The notes under the pieces: generated by a model
The model's database searches: none
What the model saw: only the letters and a program-made list of their open reading frames with translations
What the model was told of the DNA's origin: nothing
Assembly (NCBI GenBank): GCA_963798485.1
Contig: CAWCTR010000007.1
Location: forward strand, 64,001 to 128,000
Direction of reading: 5' to 3'
DNA from: an uncultured delta proteobacterium
GTDB taxonomy: Bacteria; Desulfobacterota; Desulfomonilia; UBA1062
DNA: 64,000 nt
Shown here: positions 1 through 10,557 of the stretch, in pieces
Position numbering within the stretch: the first letter of the stretch is position 1
How the letters are laid out: each line of letters opens with the position of its first letter
Translations under genes and position numbers: made by a program

Positions 1-261
1 GGTGCGAATCATGACAGTGAAACCTCCGCTGTGGGCGCGGAACTCCCACATAATGAGTCTAATAGAGGAACAGGCCCATTCGCGAAAAAGCTTGTCGATC
101 GACCGGCCTGCCCGCTCCAGCGCACAGATTTCCCGAAATTGTCTGCAATACGAAACCGAATGGACCCTCCAACTGGCGCCATCCAGGGCGGACCCGTAGC
201 CTAAATTCCCTATTTCGAGTATCCTAGAAGAGCCACATGGCGGGTTTGGAGGTGGGATTTT

Positions 262-459
262 TTGGCAGAAGTTCGTGTTCAGGAAGGCGAACCCCTCGAG
301 AACGCGCTTCGCCGGTTCAAGCGTAAGGTGCAGCAGGAAGACATCATCAAGGAAGTCAAGCGTCACTCCTACTACCTCAAGCCCGGTGAGAAGCGTCGCG
401 TCAAGGCAGCTTTGGCGCGCAAGCGGAATCGCAAGAAGGCTCGTAAAGAGCAGGATTAA
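262..459 (+). CDS. rpsU: 30S ribosomal protein S21
   Basis: EPLENALRRFKRKVQQEDIIKEVKRHSYYLKPGEKRR is the S21 signature; TTG start after GGAGGTG. Confidence 0.96.
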   Translation: MAEVRVQEGEPLENALRRFKRKVQQEDIIKEVKRHSYYLKPGEKRRVKAALARKRNRKKARKEQD

Positions 460-772
460 GTTTTTAACCAATTGCGGCACGGATAGTCCCGGCGGCTCCC
501 GCCTCAACAAGGCAGGAGCCAACGAGAAGTTCAAACATTTCCGGGATTCCTGCCGCGATTACATCTTTTGTTGAGTCACTTAGTTTTCTCAGAATGCATT
601 CATGACCTACAGTTCTGGCGACTGATCGGCTAGACATTTCATCGCCGCTCCTTTTTAGCGCGGCCCGGGCCCTTGTTGTGTATCACGAACGGATACAGGG
701 AACCGGGACCGGCACGTCTCTTTTGAGCCATGTCCGATTTCGGCGCAAGTCCCTGTTCCAGGGAAGCCGGCC

Positions 773-1075
773 ATGGAATTCACTGATCGTATTCTGAAGT
801 GCATTGACTGCGGCTCCGAGTTTGTATTTACAGCGGGTGAGCAGGTCTTTTTCAACGACAAACAGTTCAAGAACGACCCCAAGCGCTGCAAGCAGTGCAA
901 GGCGAAGCGCGTCCGTGGCAACCAGAAGGTCCGCCCGGAGACGCGCACCACCTGCTCTGAGTGCAGTGCTGAGACAACGGTTCCGTTCAAGCCCACGCAG
1001 GGCAGGCCCGTGCTCTGTCGAACCTGCTTCCAGAAGCATGGAAAGCTGATCGGTGCTCCAGAGCCGGGCGATTAG
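773..1075 (+). CDS. Double zinc-ribbon protein (zinc ribbon plus CxxC-x17-CxxC domain)
   Basis: CIDC..FTAGEQ.FF....F...PKRCKQC, then CSEC...VPFKP..GRPVLCRTCF. Confidence 0.88.
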   Translation: MEFTDRILKCIDCGSEFVFTAGEQVFFNDKQFKNDPKRCKQCKAKRVRGNQKVRPETRTTCSECSAETTVPFKPTQGRPVLCRTCFQKHGKLIGAPEPGD

Positions 1076-1101
1076 AGCGACTCAAACGGGCCAACTGGGC
1101 T

Positions 1102-1599
1102 TTATTTCAGCCCCATGCTGAACAGCAGGTCGCCCCTGAATCCCGAGGGGAACCCAGCCTGCCGAACTAGTGTGGTCAGTTGCGCCCAATGTCGTTGGCT
1201 GTGGAAGAGCGCATGCGCAGCGATTTTGCGCCGCGAAACGGACCGTGCCTCCACCGGGACCCAGTCAAACTCAAGCACATAAGGCTTGGTCCAGTCCTCC
1301 TCAGCAGCAGCCAGCAAGTTCCTGTAAACCGTCATGGCCCGCGTGTGCAGAGCGAACAGCGCATCCAGCGGCCCTTCCGGCAACTCCTCCTTGGTTATGA
1401 CGGGCAGACCTGCCAGGCGCTGGGTCCAGCGTAGTTCCGCGGTCCAGATATGCCGCACAAACTCCTGCACGTTTTTGGCAGGGCCAATGTCGCAGGGCAA
1501 GGCGAGCAGGTTCGGGTTGGCTTCCAGTTGGGCTTTCCAGTAGCGGGCGGCTTCATCGTTCCAGGCCAGCAGTTCCTCAAGTGCGATTCCAACACTCAT
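1102..1599 (-). CDS. DinB family protein
   Basis: H(IW)xAE..W and HSQRHWAQL His motifs; 165 aa. Confidence 0.8.
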   Translation of the reverse strand: MSVGIALEELLAWNDEAARYWKAQLEANPNLLALPCDIGPAKNVQEFVRHIWTAELRWTQRLAGLPVITKEELPEGPLDALFALHTRAMTVYRNLLAAAEEDWTKPYVLEFDWVPVEARSVSRRKIAAHALFHSQRHWAQLTTLVRQAGFPSGFRGDLLFSMGLK

Positions 1600-1633
1600 A
1601 GCTTCTCCTGTCCCATGGCCTCCTTGTCGAGAA

Positions 1634-2911
1634 TCAGTTCTTCAGCTTCAGGGCGCGGTGGCCAATGTCTCGCCGGTAGTACATTCCTTCAAAATGAATC
1701 TCGGCCATGGCCTGATACGCGCGCGCCAATGCCTCTTTCAGCGAGTCACCTGCCGCCGTTATTCCCAGCACGCGCCCCCCGGCTGTGTGCAGCTTGCCCC
1801 CCACCAGCGTCGTGCCCGAATGGAATACCTGCACGCCGGGCACTTGCGCCGCCGTCCCTAGGCCGAGGATCGGCAAGCCAGTCGAGTAGCTCCCCGGATA
1901 GCCACCCGAACTCGCGATCACGCATGCTGAAGCGCCGTGATTCCAGCTGAGCTGGGTCTGGGCCAGCCGGCCGTCGATTGCGGCTTCAAGAGCATCCACC
2001 AGGTCGCTGTTCAGCCGCACCAGGAGGGCCTGCGTTTCGGGATCGCCAAACCGTGCGTTGAACTCCAGCACCTGCGGCCCCCGCGCGGTCATCATCAATC
2101 CGATGTAGAGCACGCCGGCAAACGGAGTCCCTTCCTCCGCCATGCCTTGAATCGTTGGCTCGGCAATATGCTTCAGGATCCATTCCGTCATGCCGGGTTC
2201 CAGCAGCTCGTCGGTCGAGTAAACGCCCATCCCCCCGGTGTTCGGGCCGGTGTCGCCCTCGCCGACGCGCTTGTGATCCTGGGCAGGAACCAGCGGCACC
2301 ACGCTCGTTCCGTCGCTCAGGCAAAGGAAGCTCACCTCATCGCCCTCGAGGAACTCTTCGATCACAACCTGTTCCGCCGCCTCACCTAGAAGCTCGCCTG
2401 AGAATAGCCCCTGGGCAGCCTCTTGAGCGGTATGCCGCGAGCTGCAGATGATCACTCCCTTGCCCGCGGCCAGGCCATCGGCCTTCACGACAATCGGCGC
2501 GTGAAAATAGTCGATTGCCTTTTCCACCTCGGCAGCGCTTGAGCAAACGGCAAAATTGCCCGTGGGGATTTTGTGGCGCTGCAGAAATTGTTTTGCAAAT
2601 CCCTTGCTGGTCTCAAGCATAGCGGCGGCGCGCGTGGGGCCGAAGACTCGCAGACCCCGCTCCTCGAGCGCGTCCACAATTCCCAGTGAGAGCGGCAGCT
2701 CCGGTCCAACAATGGTCAGGCCGGGCTGCTCCGCCTCAGCCAGCCGCACCGTGGCCTCCACATCTTTCAGGTTTGCGGGCACGCATCTTGCAACCTGCGC
2801 GATGCCGCCATTTCCGGGCGCGCAAACCACCTCAGTTACGCGCTCACTCCGCTTTACCGCCCATGCAAGCGCATGTTCGCGGCCTCCGGAACCAAGGATC
2901 AAGACTTTCAT
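1634..2911 (-). CDS. purD: Phosphoribosylamine--glycine ligase
   Basis: ILGSGGREHALAW, VKADGLAAGKGV, GPNTGGMG, EFNARFGDPETQ; start placed at MKVLIL. Confidence 0.97.
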   Translation of the reverse strand: MKVLILGSGGREHALAWAVKRSERVTEVVCAPGNGGIAQVARCVPANLKDVEATVRLAEAEQPGLTIVGPELPLSLGIVDALEERGLRVFGPTRAAAMLETSKGFAKQFLQRHKIPTGNFAVCSSAAEVEKAIDYFHAPIVVKADGLAAGKGVIICSSRHTAQEAAQGLFSGELLGEAAEQVVIEEFLEGDEVSFLCLSDGTSVVPLVPAQDHKRVGEGDTGPNTGGMGVYSTDELLEPGMTEWILKHIAEPTIQGMAEEGTPFAGVLYIGLMMTARGPQVLEFNARFGDPETQALLVRLNSDLVDALEAAIDGRLAQTQLSWNHGASACVIASSGGYPGSYSTGLPILGLGTAAQVPGVQVFHSGTTLVGGKLHTAGGRVLGITAAGDSLKEALARAYQAMAEIHFEGMYYRRDIGHRALKLKN

Positions 2912-3101
2912 GAAGAATGCCCCTTCCAAACGGGCTTGACTCATGCCCAAAAGTTAATGGTCGGCAATGCGGGGGGTGCAAGTCAAACGGTCGCGTAAAT
3001 AGGGCAATCCGCGCTTCCCCCAAATCCAATCTGCCCTCCCCTATACTTGTGCGTGGTGGACCCGCGCCTGGCGGTTCACCGTGAATCCAGCGAGACCCAG
3101 C

Positions 3102-3290
3102 ATGGTTGAAACCCGCATCAAGCCGTATAACGAACAGGTTGCTGAACAGGAACGGCGAGCACAGCAGCAGCGGACTTATCGTCGAAATCAGGTTCTTGGA
3201 CTTATCCTCGTGGCCGCCGTGATTCTCGCATGGGCTCTGCACCACACAAATCCGTCGTGGATCTTTCCGATCGGCTGGTGGCGCCCGTGA
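3102..3290 (+). CDS. Small membrane protein, hypothetical
   Basis: One hydrophobic helix and a W-rich tail; its TGA overlaps the miaA GTG (GTGA). Confidence 0.6.
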   Translation: MVETRIKPYNEQVAEQERRAQQQRTYRRNQVLGLILVAAVILAWALHHTNPSWIFPIGWWRP

Positions 3291-4252
3291 GTCCTTCGCG
3301 GACGGCGAAAGGCGGCTTCACCGCGCAGGACCATACAACGGCGCCTTTGGCTGTAATCCTGCTCGGCCCAACGGGCAGCGGTAAAACTGCGCTCTCGCTT
3401 GCGCTCGGCGAGCAATTCGCTGGTGAAATTGTCAGTTGCGACTCCGTGGCTGTCTATCGCGGCATGGATCTGGGCTCAGCCAAACCCACAGCGGAAGACC
3501 GTTCGCGCTTGCCCCATCACCTTATCGACATCGCCGATCCCGACCAGCCGTTCACCGCCGGAGACTACAGCCGCCTCGCGCGTACGGTCCTGCGCGAAAT
3601 CATTGCGCGTGACCACCTACCCATCGTCACTGGCGGAACGGGCCTTTATCTGCGCGCTCTCACAGATGGCCTCTTTGCCGGGCCTCAGCGCCAACTAAAA
3701 CTGCGTCAGCGCCTGGAAGCGGCTAAGCAGCGTCACGGCGAGGGCTGGCTCCATCGCCTCCTCACCAAGCTGGACCCGGTCTCGGCAGCACGCATCCACG
3801 CCAACGACTCACCCAAGCTAATTCGCGCCATCGAAGTCTGCCTTGCAGGCCGCAAGCCCATGTCGCAGGTCCTCGCGCGCGACCCGCTCACAGGCTTTCG
3901 GCTCCTGCGCATCGGGCTAAATCCACCTCGGCAGGATCTCTATGGCCGCCTCAACCGCCGCTGCGCCCGGATGTTTGCCGCAGGCCTTGTCGAAGAAACT
4001 CGCGGATTGTTTGAGCGTTTCGGCGCGGTAAAGGCACTCGACTCACTCGGCTACCGGCAAGCAATGGCCGTTCTGTCTGCAGGTTCCAGCATGGAAGACG
4101 CGATCAAAGCCGCGCAGCAAGGCCACCGCAACTACGCCAAGCGCCAGCTCACCTGGTTTCGCCGCGAGCCCCACGTCCACTGGGTTACCGCCTTCGGCAA
4201 CGACCCCGACGCCATGCAAGCCGCCGCCGCCTTGATTGAAGCCGCCCTCTAG
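3287..4252 (+). CDS. miaA: tRNA dimethylallyltransferase
   Basis: GPTGSGKT, DSxxVYRGMDLGSAKP, GGTGLY, YAKRQLTWFR. Confidence 0.97.
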   Translation: MSPSRTAKGGFTAQDHTTAPLAVILLGPTGSGKTALSLALGEQFAGEIVSCDSVAVYRGMDLGSAKPTAEDRSRLPHHLIDIADPDQPFTAGDYSRLARTVLREIIARDHLPIVTGGTGLYLRALTDGLFAGPQRQLKLRQRLEAAKQRHGEGWLHRLLTKLDPVSAARIHANDSPKLIRAIEVCLAGRKPMSQVLARDPLTGFRLLRIGLNPPRQDLYGRLNRRCARMFAAGLVEETRGLFERFGAVKALDSLGYRQAMAVLSAGSSMEDAIKAAQQGHRNYAKRQLTWFRREPHVHWVTAFGNDPDAMQAAAALIEAAL

Positions 4253-4378
4253 GCCCGATTCCCGCCTGAGGTCTTTCGTCGCCGCCAACCAAGCCGCGCA
4301 GCCAACACCCATCCTTTAAACTGGAGCTTGCATCACGGCGCGTGCACTTTCTGTGTGCACCCCGGAACGGAGTAACCC

Positions 4379-5836
4379 TTGCCCGAAACAAAGACAGCCA
4401 CCACCCCCGCCACCAATTTGGACACCATCTACGACGTAGCCATCATCGGCGGCGGCCCGGCCGGCTACACAGCAGCCATTCGCGGAGCGGAGTACGGGCT
4501 GAAAGTTGCGCTCATTGACAATTCTCCAAAACTCGGTGGCACCTGCCTCCACGTCGGCTGCATCCCCACCAAGGCGCTGCTCTTCAACGCCGAGCTCTGG
4601 GATCACCTGAAGAGCGCAGCGGAGTTCGGCATCGCCGGCATCGGCACGCCGCAGCTCGACTGGGCCGCCGTGCTCAACCGCAAAAACTCCATCATCAACA
4701 AGCACGTCAAGGGCCTCGAGTTCCTGATGAAAAAGAACAAGATCACGGTCATCGCTGGCTACGGCAAACTGACCGGTTCCGCCAAAGCCGGCGTGCACAC
4801 CGTCGACGTCGCCGCGGCAAGCGGACAGGTGAGTCAGGTCAAGGCGAAAAACGTCATCGTCGCCAGCGGCTCTGCGGCTAAAATGCTGCCCGGCCTCAAA
4901 CCCGACTCCACCATTCTCACCAACATCGAAATTCTTTCCCTCGACCGTGTGCCCAAGTCACTCATCGTCATCGGCGCGGGTGCGGTGGGCGTCGAGTTCA
5001 GCTCCATCTTCCGCAGCTTCGGCACCGAGGTTACGATTCTCGAATTCCTACCGCGGATTGTTCCCGTCGAGGACGAGGAGATTTCGAAAGAGCTCACGCG
5101 CCTCTTCAAGAAGCGCGGCATCTACGTCAACACCGGCGCCAAGGTTGAGAAAGTCGAGAAGACCGATGCTGGCGTCAAGGTCACCTACACTGACCAGAAC
5201 GGCAAAACTCAAATCAAGGAAGCCGAGAAAGTCCTGGTAGCCGTCGGCCGCTCCGGACAAACAGAAAATGTCGGCCTTGAAAAAACAAAGGTCGAGCTCG
5301 AGCGCGGCTTGGTGAAAGTTGGCCCGGCGCAGGAGACGGCCGAGCCCGGCGTGTATGCCATCGGCGACATCGTCTTCGGAATGCCGCAGCTAGCCCACGT
5401 GGGTTCCATGGCCGGAATGGTGGCCGTTGCCAAAATCGCCGGCCAGAAATTCCGTTCCATCAACCGCAATCGTATCCCCAGCTGCACCTATAGCGACCCA
5501 CAGGTCGGTTCAGTAGGCCTCACCGAGGCGCAGGCCAGGGAAAAAGGACACGACGTCAAGGTCGGCAAGTTCCCCTTCGCCGGTAACTCGAAGGCGACGA
5601 TCGTCGGCAGCCACGACGGCTTTGTGAAAATCGTCTCCGATGCAAAATACGGCGAGATTCTCGGTGTTCACATCCTCGGCCCGCAAGCCACGGAGATCAT
5701 CGCCGAGGCAGTTGCGGTGCTCGAGCTTGAAGGCACGGTCGAGGAGATGATGTTCACGATCCACGCGCATCCGACGTTAGCCGAGTCCATGCTCGACGCT
5801 TACGGCGCAGTCGAAGGCATGGCCATCAATGCGTGA
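4379..5836 (+). CDS. lpdA: Dihydrolipoyl dehydrogenase
   Basis: GGGPAG, GGTCLHVGCIPTK redox disulfide, HAHPTLAE. Confidence 0.96.
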   Translation: MPETKTATTPATNLDTIYDVAIIGGGPAGYTAAIRGAEYGLKVALIDNSPKLGGTCLHVGCIPTKALLFNAELWDHLKSAAEFGIAGIGTPQLDWAAVLNRKNSIINKHVKGLEFLMKKNKITVIAGYGKLTGSAKAGVHTVDVAAASGQVSQVKAKNVIVASGSAAKMLPGLKPDSTILTNIEILSLDRVPKSLIVIGAGAVGVEFSSIFRSFGTEVTILEFLPRIVPVEDEEISKELTRLFKKRGIYVNTGAKVEKVEKTDAGVKVTYTDQNGKTQIKEAEKVLVAVGRSGQTENVGLEKTKVELERGLVKVGPAQETAEPGVYAIGDIVFGMPQLAHVGSMAGMVAVAKIAGQKFRSINRNRIPSCTYSDPQVGSVGLTEAQAREKGHDVKVGKFPFAGNSKATIVGSHDGFVKIVSDAKYGEILGVHILGPQATEIIAEAVAVLELEGTVEEMMFTIHAHPTLAESMLDAYGAVEGMAINA

Positions 5837-5884
5837 CATCCGATTTGCTGAGTCGGATTTGAACGGGAGAAAAGGTCAAAGCAA

Positions 5885-6295
5885 GTGATATCGAAGATAG
5901 TGCTCACGGCAACTGCGATCCTTCTTTTTGGTACGGGATTGGCGCTCAACTTTTTACCCCAGGAAGTTGCCGCCGCATCAGGCCTTGGTAATGCGCCCAT
6001 GGCTGTACGTCTCTTGCAGGTACTCTCCGCCGCTCTTCTCGGCATGGGGTTTCTCAATTGGTTTTCCAAGGGGAATCCAATGGGAGGGATCTATTCGCGG
6101 CCCCTTGCGCTGCAGAATTTCTTGTTCTTTGGCGTGAGTGCAATTGCGCTGGACCGCGCTGCACTTCGCGCTGCGACCCTGCCGGCGATTCAGCTGGCCG
6201 CTTGCGTCGTCACGGTATTCGCCGTTGCTTTCGGTTGGTTGATGTTCATTCACGATCCCATCCCCAAGGAACAGGAAAAAGGGCCGCACCCTTGA
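5885..6295 (+). CDS. Hypothetical four-helix membrane protein
   Basis: Four hydrophobic segments; fills the gap between lpdA and thrS. Confidence 0.7.
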   Translation: MISKIVLTATAILLFGTGLALNFLPQEVAAASGLGNAPMAVRLLQVLSAALLGMGFLNWFSKGNPMGGIYSRPLALQNFLFFGVSAIALDRAALRAATLPAIQLAACVVTVFAVAFGWLMFIHDPIPKEQEKGPHP

Positions 6296-6336
6296 TGGCG
6301 CGGCTCCCATTCGTTCGGCGGGTGTTCGGATGATTC

Positions 6337-8376
6337 CTAAAGCTCTGTCGACTGCCCGGCAACGAGCGCCTGCGCCTTCGCGATAAACTCCGCCAGCGGC
6401 ATCGATCCCTGATCGCCCTTGCCGCGCGTGCGCACGCTCACCGCCTCCGCTGCTTCTTCCTTGTCGCCGAAGACAAGAATGTACGGTGTCTTCTGGTTGG
6501 CGAAGTCGCGGATCTTCGCGTTCATCTTCTCGTTGCGGTCGTCCACTTCCACGCGCAGGCCCGCATCCTTCAGCGCCTTCTCCACCTTGTCGGAGTACGC
6601 CTTGTGCCGCTCGCTGATGGGCACCAGGCCCACCTGCACCGGAGCCAGCCAAAGCGGAAACGCTCCTGCGTAATGCTCAATCAGCACGCCGAAGAACCGC
6701 TCCACCGAGCCGAACAGCGCGCGATGCACCATCACCGGCTGATGCCGTCCTCCATCTTCGCCCACATACTCAAGTTCGAAGCGCGCCGGCAAATTGAAGT
6801 CGAACTGCACCGTCGAGAGCTGCCACAAACGCCCCAGCACGTCCACTAGCTTCACGTCGATCTTCGGTCCATAGAACGCCGCTTCGCCCGGAAACGTGTT
6901 GAAAGTCAGTCCGCGTTCCGTGAGCACGTGCTTCAGCGCGCCCTCCGCATTGGCCCAGTCCTCCGCGGTGCCAAAAAAGTCGCCCGCTTTGTTTGGATCG
7001 CGCGTAGAAAGCTCAACACTGATACTCCTTGAAGCCGAAAGTCTTCAGAACCGCCTCGGCAAAATCGATGCATGCATGCACCTCACCCTCAATCTGTTCA
7101 GGAGTGCAGAAGATGTGCGCATCGTCCTGCGTAAAGCCGCGCACCCGCAGCAGGCCATGCATGGTTCCTGAGCGCTCGTAGCGATAAACATTGCCGAACT
7201 CGGCATAGCGTTGCGGCAGATCGCGATAGCTCTTTGGAGAATTCTTGTAGATGAGAATGTGGCCCGGGCAGTTCATCGGTTTCAGCCGGTACTCTGCGTC
7301 GTCCAGCTTCATCGGCGGAAACATGTCCTTGGAATAGACCCCATCGTGGCCGGAAACTTTCCAAAGCTCGCGGCGCATCACGTGCGGCGTGTAGACCAGC
7401 AGGTAGCCGCGGCGCACGCACTCCTCGCGCATCCAGTCCTCCATGAATTTGCGGATCAGGGCTCCCTTGGGATGCCAGAAGATGAGACCCGAGCCCGCCA
7501 GTTCCTGAATGCTGAACAGATCCAGTTGCTTGCCCAGCACGCGATGGTCACGCTTGGCTGCTTCTTCAAGCCGCGCAAAATGAGCATCGAGATCTTTCTG
7601 CGAGAAAAAGGCCGTACCGTGTATGCGCTGCAACTGCGGATTCTTTTCGTCACCCAACCAATAGGCGCCGGCAAGCGTCGTCAGCTTTACGGCTTTCACG
7701 CGGCCTGTCGAAGGCACATGCGGCCCACGGCAAAAATCAATGAACTTGCCGTTGCGATAGAAGCTCACCTCCGAGCCCGGCTCCGTGAACTTGGTCACAA
7801 AGTGCGTCTTCATGAAGTCGCCGTCGCGCTCAAACTCCTTCAGTGCTTCTTCGCGCGGTTCGTACTCGCGTACAAACTTTTCATCGCGTGCTACGACTTC
7901 CGCCATCTTCTTCTCAATCAGCGCAAGATCTTCGGGCGTAAACGGCTTCTCTCGATAGAAGTCATAAAAGAAACCAGAATCGGTCGCGGGCCCATGTCCA
8001 AGCTTGGTTTCAGGAAACAGTTCCAGCACGGCCGTCGCAAGCACGTGCGCGGCCGAGTGGCGCACTACCTTCAGCGCCTCAGGGTCCTTCTCGGTCACCA
8101 GTTCAAGGCGCGTGTCGGCGGTCAATGGCGTCGACAGATCCACCAACCGCGGAGCAGCCGCATCTTCAGCCGCGTACATCGTCGCTTCGGAGGGAGATCG
8201 CCGTTCCCGGTCGAGCCTTGGCTCGAGTCGCCGCCGAGGGGAATCAGCCGCGCAACCACTGAGGCCGCTGCCAGCCGCGGCGAGATGGAGTTGGCAATTT
8301 CAAGCGGTGTTGTGCCCGCGGGCACTTCGCGAATGGCCCCGTCGGGCAGGTGGACTGCAATTGTCTGCTTGCTCAT
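6337..8376 (-). CDS. thrS: Threonine--tRNA ligase, split by frameshifts near 8.2 kb and 7.02 kb (probable sequence error)
   Basis: TGS domain (8122-8376), RHSAAHVLA, CRGPHVPSTG, KPMNCPGH, RGFTQDDAH, AFYGPKID, HRALFGSVERF across three ORFs. Confidence 0.95.
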
Positions 8377-8576
8377 GATATTGTGTGGGTCCTGGGTTTT
8401 CCGGCCGCTGCCCTTGTCGGCAACTGCGGCAACCCTTCAGGATATACCGTCGCAAGGGGAACCATCGGGCCAGACAACCCGTAATGATTTCTGATACTGT
8501 TTCGCGCTCTAGCCGTTGTGTCTTTGTCATCCCCATATGCAGACGCAACAATCTCTCGTTAGTGAAAGGCAAAAAC

Positions 8577-9941
8577 ATGCACTTCAATCTGCGGAGCTTT
8601 GCACTCTTTCTCCTGCTTGCCGGTTTTGTCGCAGGCCCAGCCTGCTCGCAGCCAGCCATTCAGCCCAACGTCGACATCACGCAGGTTCCGGCCGCGGCCC
8701 AGCCTTCACCGCAATTTAACGCCGATGCGGCCACTGAGGCCTACATGGCCATGATCCCTCCCGCCGCGACCGCGCGCTCCAACGCCTATTTCGAAGGCGG
8801 CTATTGGCTGGTTCTCTGGGATTTCCTTATCTCCTCCGCGATCTATCTTTTGCTTCTGCAAACGCGTTGGTCGGCACGCATGCGCGATCTGGCTGTGCGC
8901 ACCTCCCGCTTCAAGCCGCTGCAAACCTTCCTCTATTTCGCACAGTTCATCGTCGTCACCTACGTGTTGGGCTACCCGCTCGAGTACTACGAAGGCTTCG
9001 CCCGCGAGCACAAATATGGCCTGGCTACCCAAACCTTCGGTCCATGGATGGGCGACGAGGGCAAGGCTCTTCTGGTGAACCTCGTTTTGGGTGGACTTGT
9101 CGCCGTTGCCCTCTTTGCCATTGTGCGCAAGCTGCGCACAACCTGGTGGATCTGGGGCGCAATTGTCGCCATGGTCTTCGCCACGATTGCCGTTGCCATC
9201 GGCCCTGTCTACCTGCAACCCATCTTCAACAAGGTAACCCTCCTCAACGACCCGAAAATCACAACGCCGATCCTCAAAATGGCGCACGCCAACGGGATTC
9301 CAACCAACGACGTGTACGAGATCGACGCCAGCCGCCAGACCACGCGCATGAGCGCCAACGTAAGCGGCTTTGCCAACACCATGCGCATTACGTTGAACGA
9401 CAATCTGCTCAAGCGGGGCTCGCCTGAAGAAATTCAGTCCGTCATGGGTCATGAGATGGGCCACTATGTCATGAACCACATTCCCAAGTTCCTCTTTTTC
9501 CTCGCGGTCTTGTCTCTCGTCTCGTTTGCCTATCTTTACTGGGGGCTCGATTGGGCGCTCCAGCGTTGGGGAGCGCGCTGGGACATTCGCGAGGTGAGCG
9601 ATCCTGCGGTGCTGCCGCTGGCGGCGCTGATGTCAGGGGTTCTGTTTTTTGCGCTCACGCCGATCATGAACACCGTCACGCGCACTCAGGAAAAAGAGGC
9701 CGACATGTTCGGCCTGAATGCAGCCCGCCAGCCCGATGGGTTCGCCCAGGCTGCCATCCACTTGTCGGAATATCGCAAGATGCGGCCCGGCCCCGTCGAA
9801 GAATTTGTCTTCTTCGATCACCCCAGCGGATACAACCGCATTCACTCCGCCATGGTGTGGAAAGGCCAGAATCTGGAGCTGTTCGAGAAGATCCCCTGTC
9901 CGACTGCGGCTCCTCCAGCGAATCCCCCGGCGACACATTGA
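8577..9941 (+). CDS. M48 (Ste24-like) membrane zinc metallopeptidase
   Basis: HEMGH, E.EAD, DHPS motifs; multiple TM helices; signal peptide from MHFNL. Confidence 0.92.
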   Translation: MHFNLRSFALFLLLAGFVAGPACSQPAIQPNVDITQVPAAAQPSPQFNADAATEAYMAMIPPAATARSNAYFEGGYWLVLWDFLISSAIYLLLLQTRWSARMRDLAVRTSRFKPLQTFLYFAQFIVVTYVLGYPLEYYEGFAREHKYGLATQTFGPWMGDEGKALLVNLVLGGLVAVALFAIVRKLRTTWWIWGAIVAMVFATIAVAIGPVYLQPIFNKVTLLNDPKITTPILKMAHANGIPTNDVYEIDASRQTTRMSANVSGFANTMRITLNDNLLKRGSPEEIQSVMGHEMGHYVMNHIPKFLFFLAVLSLVSFAYLYWGLDWALQRWGARWDIREVSDPAVLPLAALMSGVLFFALTPIMNTVTRTQEKEADMFGLNAARQPDGFAQAAIHLSEYRKMRPGPVEEFVFFDHPSGYNRIHSAMVWKGQNLELFEKIPCPTAAPPANPPATH

Positions 9942-9968
9942 CACGGTCTTGAACAGTTACACCCCAAG

Positions 9969-10001
9969 GGCCCGGCAACTGAAAGTGCCGGGCCTCTTCT
10001 T
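9969..10001 (+). terminator. Intrinsic terminator after the M48 gene
   Basis: GGCCCGGCA-loop-TGCCGGGCC followed by TCTTCTT. Confidence 0.75.
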
Positions 10002-10207
10002 GTCTGCTCGCTTGAGCTTTTTGAGGCGTCCGCCTCGTAATCCACCTTGGTAACCGCTTATCTTACGGCGGTCACTCGAAATGGGGACCTCACACTGCCC
10101 CGAAAGACCGCCCTCGTTGCAGCCATGGTGGAATGTTCACCTTGGTACGGGCCGCACTATCGTCGCTTGGGTGACTGGGGGACCGTCCCAGCCCGTATGA
10201 GGTCAAA

Positions 10208-10477
10208 ATGCAGGTACTTTGCAAGAGAACAAACGGAAACGCAGAAACCAATTGTTGCGTTTGTGGCCAAGGTTTTGTCATGTTCTGGGATCGGCAGTCG
10301 CACGCTGAGCGGCTCGCAGCGATCCACGAGATTCAGGAGTCGCTTCGCCGTCATCACCGCAATGCGCAGGGCCCCGAGGCGCATCCCAAGGAAAGCTTTC
10401 TGGTTCCCGAGTGGAGCGGCTCCGATTCTTTCGCCGGCAATGCAGTTCCTGGCAGCGCGCCAACCTGGGATCTTTAG
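10208..10477 (+). CDS. Small hypothetical protein with CxxC and His residues
   Basis: GAGG ribosome site upstream; CCVCGQGF ... RHH ... AHP. Confidence 0.65.
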   Translation: MQVLCKRTNGNAETNCCVCGQGFVMFWDRQSHAERLAAIHEIQESLRRHHRNAQGPEAHPKESFLVPEWSGSDSFAGNAVPGSAPTWDL

Positions 10478-10557
10478 AGGCTTCCTAATTCGTCTACTTT
10501 TGGCGCAGTGCTTCCGGGCGATACACCCTGTGGGCACACCAACTCCGAGAGGACCGG

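Noticed and set aside
683-1039. Minus-strand ORFs over the zinc-ribbon gene
   Set aside because: Antisense shadows of a gene with clear Cys motifs
6900-8376. Programmed frameshifting or pseudogenisation of thrS
   Set aside because: No slippery site recognised at the breaks, and indels are equally common in neighbouring genes; error is simpler
4316-8494. Long antisense ORFs such as 4316-4798 and 7211-8494
   Set aside because: Shadows of lpdA and thrS caused by GC-rich codon bias; no motifs of their own
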